From: Obrimoposthia wandeli
Lineage: Eukaryota
Direction: 5' to 3'
Assembly: GCA_977020255.1 (NCBI GenBank)
Contig: CDROCS010002233.1
Coordinates: 186,001 to 250,000 of the forward strand
Length of the DNA: 64,000 nucleotides
Part shown: positions 1 to 10,849 of the stretch, in pieces
How positions within the stretch are numbered: position 1 is the first letter of the stretch
Layout of the letters: the number at the start of each line of letters is the position of its first letter
Position numbers and translations under genes: made by a program
Notes under the pieces: generated by a model
The model's database searches: none
What the model saw: only the letters and a program-made list of their open reading frames with translations
What the model was told of the DNA's origin: nothing

Positions 1-211
1 AAAATAAATGATGCCTAACCTCATTCGTCGCTTTTATTCTCCTAACAGGAGATTTCGGCCTTTTGAATGGTTCAGGCGTTGTATTATCTGCTTTCAGAGT
101 AGCAGAGAGAGTGAGACCATCCCAATCGTCGGTGAACAGGTGCCACTCGTCCTCGTCCAATTCTGCAACCATCGAATCGTTGGCTCCTGGGGCTCCGATA
201 CTTGGCTGTAT

Positions 212-751
212 CTATTCGTCGGTGAATAGAGTCAAGTCCTCCTCCCCATCCGAAGGTACATCATCGGTGAACAGCTCCTCGTCTGAGTCTGGTGCGAGGA
301 CATTCTCCGGCTGAGACAGCGGGATCAATTTCCATGGCCAGGATCTTCTTGCTGCTACTGCCGACGTTGCTGGACGAACAGCTTCTATGTTTTGCCTGGG
401 AGTACAGTCTTCCCAATTCTCAATCGAATCCTGACTAGTCAGGTCAATATATTGGGATATCTGTACCCCGCCTCTCACGTCCATTGGTTCTTCTCTTGGA
501 TTTGAGCTGGCCAATGAGGCTTCTTCTTCCAATAGGTTCGCTCTTGCTGCTGCTTCTCCTTCGATCACCACCGATGAGTCTTGACTGTCTAAGTCAATGT
601 ATTGCGACGGTGGTGGCGTTTGCTGCTGCACTGGAGAGAGATCCCCATAGAGTTGAACCACCGTCTCTTCGTCTAGGTCAACGTTGTTGTAGAATGGCAT
701 TGTTGATTTATGAAAAATAATGAACGGAGGTGTCTTTATATACACAAACAT
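212..751 (-). CDS. TIR-adjacent acidic, low-complexity Polinton ORF (probable ATG ~700, MPFYNN...). The TAG at 212-214 is probably premature.
   Basis: 179-aa ORF. A degenerate homologue (MPFYNNIDLDED) lies at 13846+, so the sequence is element-borne. The frame stays open from 211 to the window edge and repeats the LFTD motif. Confidence 0.5.
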   Translation of the reverse strand: MFVYIKTPPFIIFHKSTMPFYNNVDLDEETVVQLYGDLSPVQQQTPPPSQYIDLDSQDSSVVIEGEAAARANLLEEEASLASSNPREEPMDVRGGVQISQYIDLTSQDSIENWEDCTPRQNIEAVRPATSAVAARRSWPWKLIPLSQPENVLAPDSDEELFTDDVPSDGEEDLTLFTDE

Positions 752-1019
752 CTTACTAACCCTCTTTTATTGTCCAATGAGAGCCTCTTATTCAAATAAT
801 TTATTTTTTGTAATGTTTTGTCGTGCCTGTAGATAAAGAATGAAGCCCGCCCCGAAGGGGCGGCTGGTGTATGTTAGGGTCTTGGGTATGACACGGGTCG
901 TTTACATTTGTAGTTGTGAGAGGTAAAGTTATACTGTAACGTATGTATTTGTAGTTATTTTCGTGAGAATAGAGCCCGCCCCTAAGGGGCGGGTGGTGGT
1001 CGGTGGGTGTTTCTATCCA

Positions 1020-1330
1020 ACACCCATCGACTTTCACCCAACACCCATCGACTTTCACCCATCGCCCATCGACTTTCACCCATCACCCAAGGAAGTCTGT
1101 GTATACAGCAGTCCGAGACATTCGCCCATCACCCAAGGTAGTTAGTGATATACACGAGAGCGAGACATTCGCCCATCACCCAAGGTAGTTAGTGATATAC
1201 ACGAGAGCGAGACATTCGCCCATCACCCAAGGTGGTTAGTGATATACACGAGAGCGAGACATTCGCCCATCACCCAAAGTAGTTAGTGATATACACGAGA
1301 GCGAGACATTCGCCCATCACCCAATATAGT
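1020..1330 (+). repeat. Tandem repeats inside the family A TIR: 21-bp CACCCATCGACTTTCACCCAA x3-4, then 47-bp GAGACATTCGCCCATCACCCAAGGTAGTTAGTGATATACACGAGAGC x4-5
   Basis: Read directly; related units occur at 63740-63900. Confidence 0.9.
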
Positions 1331-4026
1331 CTGTGATATATACGAGTCCCGAGCCCTTCGCCCCCAAAGGCGCGAAAAATTTGTTGGGACCCCCCCCCTT
1401 GTCCTTTAAAACCGTGCATGTGTGTGGAGTGAAATTTCACTCCACACACCTACACGAAATTTCACTCCACACACATGCACGGTTTAAAAGGACAAGGTGG
1501 GGGGAGGGGGTGTTGATTAGACCGGACACACCCACCTACTTATACTAAACCAGGCTCTTTTCTTGATTTTGATGATCATTATTTGCAACAACATAAAGCT
1601 ACTTCTCACAAGCAATAAACCAAAAGTGTAATATTGCTATATTGGAATGGCCTTCAAAATCTCCAGTTATTAATTTGATCGAAACAGATTGAGAAGTTTT
1701 GGCTTGACGTGTTTATTAAACGAAAAGAAATCCTGAAATAAATCAATATCAATGAGCTAAAGAGTTCTTTTACTGAAAAATGGCTCAATTTTGAGAAATA
1801 AGTGTTCAGAATCTTTATAAATATTTTTCTCGCCATCTTCTTCGGCCTTGTTTCACTTTTTTGTTTTCCTTAAATATGCATATCTATGACCCTTCAGGTC
1901 TCAATTAATATGGTGTTATTTTTAAAACATATTTTTCATTTTAATTTTACTATATTTAACATTTATATATTTTGAACATAATTATTTATTTCAGTTTAAT
2001 TTTTCAAAACCTAACAGATGTAATAAAGGTTCTGCTAGTTTAAAGCGAATACAATTTTAAGTTTTATTTGTCTTTTATATGCTAATATAGCTGTGGTTTT
2101 AAAGATATTTTACGCTTATTTTAAATCGTTTGCAATGTATCGTAGTAAGAGAAAATAAATATAATATCTTATAAATAACTTTAAATATATTATTCACCAA
2201 TCTCCATGTTCTTCTATTTAAAATTTAAAAATATATTGGGTTACAAATAAAAATGTGTACTATGTGTAAAATTGTTATATTCAAAGTCAATATATTTATA
2301 TTTTATATGGAGTATATTTCACAATAATATTAACAATGAAGAGTTCAAGAGTACCAACACTATAGTGCCTAAAATGTCTATATATAGTCATTTTTAGACA
2401 GAATGTCATTAAAATGTCTTAAAATTGCTTAAAATGACTCATCAAGTCTCAAAATCGCGCATACTAACTCAAGGTGTAAAAATCTATTTGAGTTAGTATG
2501 CATGATTTCCGGACTTGATCTAAATTTAGTCTCGAAATCGTACATACTAACTCAAGGCAACAGGTTCCTCCGGGGGGTACCCTTTACTGCAAAACCATTT
2601 TTGAGGTAGTATGCGTGATTTCAAGACTATTTCAAATATCGCGCTATATCTTACCGTTTAAAACAAAATTATTACAAGTGAATAAAGTTAGTAATAAAGA
2701 AACTGAAGCCCTTTTTGCATTGGGTTCTCTACGTTTTGAAAGACGTATGTCTTCATTTCAGAGACTGTTTCCTGATACATTTTGTCTTTCAAGCAATGCT
2801 TAACTCTTCTTTTCTATTGTTAATGATTGTTAGCTTCAAAGTTGAGTTAAATTATACGCAGTTTCAAAATTCCAACCAAAAAAAACTTTATTGGTTTTAT
2901 CAGATGGGTATTTTGTGGGTTTCGGTCTAACACAACATCCAAGCCATTTCTTTCAAAGAGTTTGGAATTTCCCGTTCATTTTTATAACAGTGTATCATCA
3001 ACAATGGAATCTCCTTTTCATTTCCCTGGGAAAAATTTCATGACTTATAAAATATGAAAATACCAAAATTACTAAAAACAATAAATAACATTATGTTGAT
3101 ACATACAGCAAACACTATTAAGCAACAATTGAGATTAAAATCTATGAAAAACAAATTGTTACAGTTAGTATAATTTTTTAAATATAACGTGTTATTCATA
3201 TATACAATATAAGAAAAAATGAGCTGTTTTGAAATATTTTTACGCTTCGTACTTGAATTTATTATTTATATACATGCTCACATAAGTCACATCTTACAAA
3301 CCGTATTTCGTGAATTACTTAGAATTTAATTTAAAATTTTAAGCAACAAATATAAATTAAATCATAAAAAAATTACAAAAATGTTTCTGAAATTCTGTAT
3401 TTATTTAAATGTGCAAACTGCAGAGCTCTCATAATTTATATGATACGAGGGCAAGTTTAAGCCTGATATATATTTCCTGCTCTTTCTTTCATCTTATTAA
3501 GTCACTCTTTAGATAATAATTAAAATCTGAAAAATTTAACTTCATTTCATATAAAATAGCAACATTTGAACAGAATTAATTTGTTTGTTTTGTTCGTCGT
3601 ATTCCAGTACTTTGAAATCAAATTCAACATATAAATCAGATTTGAAGATAAATTCTGTTTTAAAATATTAACTGAATTACAAAAAAATGAGTTAAATGCA
3701 ATTTTACAGTTACATAAAATTTCATCGACTGTATTTAAATAAATTACTAAATTTGTTGACAAAAATGACTGTAAAATCAGATAAAAATCGAGTTTTTCAT
3801 CAGTCAATTGTACAAGGAATTGTGGAACTGACTAACACTGAACTATGAAGTCAGTTTTCTTTGAGAAATTACAGTTTTGTGGCTCAGGGTATTTTTGAGT
3901 GTTCCTTGTATTTTATCGTCAGCTTTACGATTAAAACTTCCACTTCCTGTATTTCGATTAATCTGTTATCAATTCGCATTCACATTTCCACAAAATGCCG
4001 AATACAAAGGGGTTTGTCTTTTTGAC

Positions 4027-5050
4027 TATTGAATCTGTTGAGGTTTCTATTTGAAACTAGATCCTCGTACGTGAGTTCTGTAGATATAGGGCTTACATGT
4101 GGATGTGGCCTATTCTTACTTTACCTAATTTTGGTCTCAAATCTGAAGGTTTTATGTCTGTTGTTTTGTGGTATGTTCGAAGAGTTGTGTTTAGGAAAAC
4201 TAGGGGAACCCTAAAACCTGTGTTGTGTAATGTAAGCCTAGTGCGATTTGCAAGTTAGGTTAGAGTTTATTTCGAGAAAGGGTCTGATGAAACCAAGGCC
4301 TAAATAAATGAAAAACGACGCTAGTGATGCTCATCTGGACGTACCAGAACTTGGAACACCAACTACGTGATTTAAGTCACAGCTAACCTATAGAATTTAT
4401 GTGTTTCGAATATTACTCGAGGGTGGGAATGCCAAGAGTATTTAACAAACCCGCAAATGAATCCACGACAAACTCCATACTAATGTTTACACGAAATTCT
4501 ACATTAGTATTACACAATAAAATGTATACTAATATTCGCAAAACGGTTTATACATTAGAACTATAAGCTAATACTTCACACGGAGTAGGGTGACACTTGT
4601 TTGGTATAGTTCACATTTATTCGTGTGTCGTTGTTAGTTAAACATAATTCTCTTTAACTCAATTACTAATCTTCCCCCTGTTATGTTTAACACAATTGCT
4701 ATTCTTGAATACAATTCCAACTTTCAATTACAATTTCTACTTTTAATGCGAAGTGACTGTAATTCCGCTTGTTCGTATTCTGCACTTAGCAGTTTGTTTT
4801 CAATCAATTTTCTGTTTCTGCTACAATCACTTTCCAGGCCCTTTTTACACGTTTTACACTTTTTCCTTTAACTTTATGCTTATTCCATGATCTTTAAGGT
4901 CTCCATTTACCTCACAATTTATTTTGTAATTTATATTTTTTATTTATTTAAATTTTTTTTTATTTTAACCTTGTCTATTTAAGGTTAGGTTCTTCTTATA
5001 AATATACACATTATTTTATTTCATTTTATAACTTTTCCTAATCTGACGTG
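4027..5050 (-). mobile_element. Probable solo LTR (~1 kb; TGTyAG(G)ATTAGG...CAACA family)
   Basis: Diverged homology (TAGAACTCACG...GAGGATCTA block; GGTCTC/AACCTT block) to 11620-12345 (-), 32246-34030 (+), 38740-39190 (+) and 1830-2000. Confidence 0.5.
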
Positions 5051-5579
5051 TAAATATTTAGGAGCGGCAAGTAATGTGTAACTTAACTCGTAGATTAATT
5101 AAATTACCGACTCTAACAGCTTCATTTGATAACTCATCATATAATGACGAATATAATGTCTAACATTTAAAAAAACATATTGGATTTTAAATGTATGCTA
5201 TTATCAACAGGTATGTTTATGACTCTTATACTAAAAACAAAATTTGGTGTCATTAGGTTTTTTGACTCCTATCAATTAGTAAGTGTTATGTATGGTTCAC
5301 CTTCAATGAGTGGATAATTCCTAATTGCTTAATTAGTATTCACAAGAGTGTCGTTAAGTAGATTCGTCCCTTCGCTTGATTTGTTGAATACCATAGCAAA
5401 TGCGACTAATTTAAACTAAGATGTGTTTGATGAAATGAAATGTAAAGATTTGAAAGATTACTTGCTTATGAATTTTAAATAGGATGTGCTCATATTTCTT
5501 CAGTGACAGATTATTTATCTTTTTCAACGTGATTGAAACGCGTCCATATTTCTTTGTCGAGATAATTCCTCAGCCCACC

Positions 5580-6640
5580 ATAAATTTACAACAAACATGC
5601 CAAAATACAATCAAACAACACCAAACCAATAACATCATCATTACCAGATATAAACACAAATAACAATACAAAAATGTGCACCAATCAACACATCACAATA
5701 ACAATGTATTTCACCGATCACAGAAACACCATTAATCATTGATTATACTTTATACACAACACTCTAAAACAAGCTTACGACCTATCAGAAGATGAGATTC
5801 GGCAGAAAATACTTTCAAAATTACCCACAGACACTTTTAATAAAAATTACTGAGGACATTAAGGACATTCTTATTTTAGACACACTCATAGAAGAGCTCA
5901 CAACATATATCAACAAACACAAAACTGACACAAACAACACCCAGCTATTAGAAAACCTGATCAACCCTAAAGGCACCGATTAGACAGAAACCATCAGAAA
6001 TCGGAAAAATATTCTAAAACACCTTTAAGTAATTAAACCCTCATATAAACCACGAGAAGACTAACATCTTATTAGATCTTACGTTCCTCAAACGGTTTCA
6101 AAAGACACAAGGAATATAATCATCACATTGCAAATGCAAACAACAACCATATAGCCGACATGACAGACCAGATACACAACAACAACAAGACAGACATGAA
6201 AATGCAATATACAATCAAAAACAATCAATCCGACATTCAGAATTGGATAACAATCAAACTAAAATACTCGAAAATTTGAATGACAACATAAAGGAAAACA
6301 ACAGATAATTTCAATTATTTACTTCTATAAACAACAATAAAACATAAAATAACAACAATTTCCACAACAAATCTCCCAACAAACACAACCTCAATTTATG
6401 AAACGATTTGAGAAACAACTCAAGAAACAACTCATCACATTTCAGATCAAATAATACATACAATACAACATCATACTCCATAAATAACTCACCACATCTC
6501 AGATACAACTATACACATAATATATATATATACACATAAGTTCCTTCAGAAATAGTTCACCACATTTCATCACATATTACAATCACACACGTAACACATA
6601 CAAAAACTACTTATAGGCTAACACCACAAAACATACAGGT
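5580..6640 (+). mobile_element. Possible decayed LINE 3' region (A/C-rich strand)
   Basis: Strong A/C skew and short fragments such as HPAIRKPDQP*RHRL; no clear catalytic motif. Confidence 0.25.
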
Positions 6641-6699
6641 GTTGGGATTTTAAAAAAAAATTAAAATATAAGAATTAATTATGTCAATTTAAATTGACA

Positions 6700-7320
6700 T
6701 TACTGAAATGCCCACAATCAGGGAGGTATATTTTAATCAACCTGCGACGGAATAAACCCGTTGCGGCCTGCCTTGGCCTCGTCAGGGAGGTGGCTAAAAT
6801 GCCAGAAATAAGTCTGACAAAAAGTAAAGTGATTTTGACCACCAAAGATTTGCCGCCCAGTAGCAGCAGTCTCTCTCCTCCACCTTCCTCCGTTATCATC
6901 TATGCTGCGAGAACGGCATCGTCATCATCATCCGAAAACAACGGCATCATCACTATCTGCAGCGATCTAGTGCTGCTGTTGTGTATGTTGTGCCTCGGTT
7001 GATGCAGCTTCTCGGATTTCCCGCCTGCCCAACCGTTCAACTATGTTCATGCTAACAAGTCGCTAAATGCGCTGCTGCAGCCGCTTTACCTCACCGTCTT
7101 GGAGATTTTTCCACCAGACACCCAGGTCTTATCTTCTTTCCAAGCAGATAACCGTTCAATAGTGGCAATTGTGTTCACTATAAAGGGAAATTGACATTTC
7201 CTTGCCTGCTTACTTGACTGAGACTTGTGATTGTGTGTGCTGTCCCTAACTCGCTCCTCTATCTATCCATGTGTACATGTGTCTGATGCTGCCACAATAT
7301 ATTTGGAAGAGGCCTGAGGC
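6700..7320 (-). mobile_element. GC-rich non-coding element carrying a hammerhead (retrozyme or Penelope pLTR-like)
   Basis: GC-rich island ending in the hammerhead. Shares an ATAGTTG..CGGTTGG.CAGGCG...GGGAAAT block with 8100-8700. Confidence 0.5.
6740..6791 (-). ncRNA. Type I hammerhead ribozyme with a GAAA->GCAA core change
   Basis: Minus strand reads ACCTCC-CTGACGA-GGCC[AAGGCA]GGCC-GCAA-CGG[GTTTATT]CCG-TC^GCAGGT. Stems II and III pair fully; stem I has one C-C mismatch. Confidence 0.7.
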
Positions 7321-7379
7321 ACAGTTCTCAATTTCACAAAAACAAAAAATTACTGATCCAAAAATTAATCAAAACAATT

Positions 7380-7990
7380 TATTGGTACCTAATACAATTT
7401 TTCCCCATTTGATGTTTATCTGAATCATTTACAAACTTGGAACAATTACAATTAATTGAAACAGTTTATTGGTATCAAATACAATTTTTTCCCATTTGAT
7501 GTTTATTTGAATCATTTACAAATTTGGAACAATTACAATTATTGGAAACAGTTTCAACACAAAAACAATTATATTGAAACCACCATTATTTTGAAATTAC
7601 TGTTTGGCTTCCATTCTCGGTTGTTTGGACTTGCTATTCGATTTTATTGTGTTTTGGATTACACTTAATAAATTTATATAACACAGATCCCGAGCACACA
7701 AGTATGAAAGCCCATGATTATGTTATGAAAATATAATCAAAATGACAAGATTTATTTGATGTCTGTCAAATCAGAGTCTAAATCAGGATATCCAAATCAA
7801 TTGTTAGGTCAATCTAAAAAAATGGTTAGGTCAATAGTATCAAGGTCCTTCAAAATTAACTGTTGTTCTATATAATCGAACAGATATCTAAGGATATTCA
7901 AATCAATTGTTAGGTTTCAGTATCAAGGTCCTTCAAAATTAACTGTTGTTCTGTATAATCGAACAAATATATCCGATGAATATCTCCGAA
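7380..7990 (+). repeat. Two local ~90-95-bp tandem duplications (7390-7545; 7790-7975)
   Basis: TACAATTTTT..CCCATTTGATGTTTAT x2 and AGTATCAAGGTCCTTCAAAATTAACTGTTGTTCT x2. Confidence 0.75.
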
Positions 7991-8099
7991 CAAATATTTC
8001 CGAAAACTGTGTGGTAAACTTTGTAAAAATAATGATAATAATTTATTGTGTATTTTATCGGCCTTCAGCCACGCTATTTATAGCTCTTTCCTTTCAAAG

Positions 8100-8700
8100 G
8101 GCTATTTATAGGCCATACCTGAAATCAAATAAAAATCAGCAACAAGTCTCCGTTTAATCCTTAATTTTGTGTCCAAAATCCAAATGTCTGCCTCTACACA
8201 TACATATACATATGTATACATGTATGATGCATGTGGCCGGCGAAAGTGTCGGACTGGATAGTTGGGCGGTTGGACAGGCGAGCAAAAACTGGGCAGGTGG
8301 GAAATATGGGCATAAAACTGTTTAACACACACAGACATAACGCGAATGAGTGAGTGAGAGAGTAGTGAAAGAGTAGTCAGAGGGTAGAGAGTGAGAAGAG
8401 TGAATGAGTAGTGAGTAGAAATAGTGTATATGTGTCAGAATATATATGTGTGTGTGTGTGTAGTGAATTGTGCATTTGTGCACATTCACACCATATGTCG
8501 ACGATAGTCGTCGGCACATGAAAAAGGGAAAATCTTCCCTTCTTATCTCTGACTTCACGGGCAATTGCCCACCGCGAAGTCAGAGATAAGTCTGCCATAC
8601 CCCTGATGAGCCCGGCAGGGCGAAACCGGTTATGTCGGTCGGGGATTGACCAGAAGATAATTAAAATGCCAAAGTGCATAATATTTCATTTTTGCCAGAA
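8100..8700 (+). mobile_element. GC-rich non-coding element with hairpins and a hammerhead (retrozyme or Penelope pLTR-like)
   Basis: Perfect 15-bp stem CTTATCTCTGACTTC/GAAGTCAGAGATAAG (8542-8590) immediately followed by a hammerhead. Confidence 0.55.
8594..8653 (+). ncRNA. Type I hammerhead ribozyme with intact core; predicted cleavage after C8640
   Basis: CCC-CTGATGA-GCCC[GGCA]GGGC-GAAA-CCG[GTTATGT]CGG-TC^GGG. All conserved core nucleotides are present and stems I-III pair. Confidence 0.88.
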
Positions 8701-8749
8701 CATTTCCCTAATTAAGGAAAGTTTTTAATTAATTAATTTCATTTTTATT

Positions 8750-9430
8750 TTATATCTTTTATTTTTTAATAAATCCAAATGTCCAAAATATTTAAAAATA
8801 TTCCCAACAATTATACACAAAAACCACATACCACATTACATTGGCCTAAACGCTATATCACCCTTCAAATACACCATAAAATTTCCTTATTGACTCTGGT
8901 GATTCCATTTCTTTAATACGCAAATCAATATACACACAACATAGACACATAACAATGAAAATAAACCCTATCCTCAAAGTCACAAACAACATAAAAGTAA
9001 ATAATTATGGTGAAACAATGCAGAACCTCATAATAGACAACATATCATAAAACTGGCGCTTCACAATCGCTGATATAAATCAATCCATATTAGGGTCACA
9101 TGTTTAAGGAAACTTTCACTTACTAATTGACTCATATAACAAAACAATATCATCACAACACACATTACACAACTTTTCAAAATCAACACAAAATAGAACA
9201 CATAATCACAAAATCAAACCCATAAGTAGTTCAACAAATCCAAACACTTACAAAGACATACTCATACTCAACTTACAAATTCAAAACTCAAGGAAACCCA
9301 CAATACCCATAACACAATCAAAATCTAACACAACCAGACACAAAGTAGTAAGATCAAGATATATATATTACGTAATGGTGAGACCACAACAGTAGCATAA
9401 AGTGACAACTCCACGGTACTGCATCACAAT
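8750..9430 (+). mobile_element. Ty3/Gypsy pol relic (aspartic protease region)
   Basis: FLIDSGDSIS (DSG catalytic motif) and WRFTIADINQSILGS..*..FHLLID, matching the Gypsy protease pattern W.F.IADV..PILGADFL. Confidence 0.65.
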
Positions 9431-9898
9431 AAAGAACCAACTCGTCAAAATTAGTCATACAAACAGAAGTTGCCAATTTGAAAAAAATGTTTTCATTAAA
9501 TTTGAAAGTGTATAATCAGTTGATGCTACCGAAAGTGACCAATATTTTCTATTTTGTCTCTATTTGTGTTTTATTCAACTTTATTTTATAATTTATTAAT
9601 TTTAAAATTAATTTAAACTTATCTAACATACCTCGATGTATTGGTCTGGTCTGAAATGATGGCCAAGCTGCGAAAGCGAACCTCGAGATCTTTTAAAATT
9701 ATATCAACAAAAATTTTATAAAATTTCATAATAATCGTAAAGATAGTGTAACTCCCCCATTTAAAGATTCATTGTTAGATTCTAACGATCCAACAAATCA
9801 TTTTTCCATCAATACAGACGATGGGCACACTTCTAAACCACAAAATTATTATAAGGATTTGAAGAAAGTAAATTTGTCTTTAAAGACATTCAATTAAA

Positions 9899-10804
9899 TT
9901 GAAAGGCCGTTTAGGTAAAGATTTCAAGAAGAAATTAAGTCAAAAAATAAACAAAAATAAACAAGAAACCTCAAAATATTTCAAAATAATAATGTCAAAA
10001 AATTTAACAATTAACGATTTAATATTAAAAGTATTTAATAGTTTCGATACTAAAAACATATCTATTAATAAATACGGAATGCCTTTTGATTGTGAGAGCA
10101 TAATGAATAATGTTTTACATGATGGAGCAATAATACATGCATTCCCAAAAAGATTTTGTGGTGATCATTTGTATCAAACATATAATTATTGCACAAATAA
10201 CGATCATGACAATATCGATAACTGTCATGTTAAAATGGAACAATATTATCATTTTAAAAAGGGGTATATTTTCCCTGAATGTAATATTTTATATATAGAT
10301 ATGATGTATATGTTTTTTTAATTCAGACATTTCTTTAGCTAATTTTACACGTAAAAATTGAATTATTACTATAAACATCATGTTAATGATGTTTTCGCCG
10401 ATAGAGAAGTATATACTGATAATATTGTTTCACCTAAACAGATTCATTTTGAAGCACCATAAAAATGTTTTGCACCTAATTCATGTATTAACTTCATTAG
10501 TAATCCGATGATTGCAGATCCGTTAATTTTACCTGATGAATCATTAGGCTTATCACTTAATAGTTTATATCAACCTCTCTCTGATTTAGAATTTGATATG
10601 TGGAAAGATGCAGGCTTCAATGAACCATTTAATAATCAGCAAATAAAAACCAGTGAATCGATACATGAGATTATATCTGATATTTTCAATGAACCTTTCA
10701 ACTCACCTAATAGCGGATTGGTAGGTATAGATTCCGATGAGATACTGTCTGATATTTTTGTTGATTCAATACTTGAGTTGACAGATTCTGATATTATGAT
10801 ATAG
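9899..10804 (+). other. Two ORF fragments of unknown identity directly upstream of the Polinton pPolB relic
   Basis: 140-aa Cys/His/Tyr-containing ORF (9899-10321) and 98-aa acidic ORF (10508-10804), same strand as the pPolB fragment. Confidence 0.3.
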
Positions 10805-10849
10805 TTAGATGGTACTTTGGATGATAATTTACTTGACTACCCATTATAA

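Larger units (their letters stand above)
1..1540 (-). mobile_element. End of a Polinton/Maverick element (family A): long TIR ~787-1540 plus adjacent ORF; the rest lies upstream of the window
   Basis: Ends ...GATTAGACCGGACACACCCACCTACT at 1540, whose reverse complement AGTAGGTGGG... fits the Polinton AG...CT terminus. 787-1450 matches 63407-64000, which directly follows a pPolB C-terminus. The same terminus recurs at 14520 and 59513. Confidence 0.75.

Noticed and set aside
801-1188. ORFs in the TIR repeats (also 63450-63998)
   Set aside because: Translations of tandem repeats and palindromes within TIRs.
3547-3807. gag-like ORF next to the solo LTR
   Set aside because: No PBS after the LTR end and no recognisable motif.
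4280-4320. CTGATGA as a hammerhead core
   Set aside because: No stem II followed by GAAA, and no stem III.
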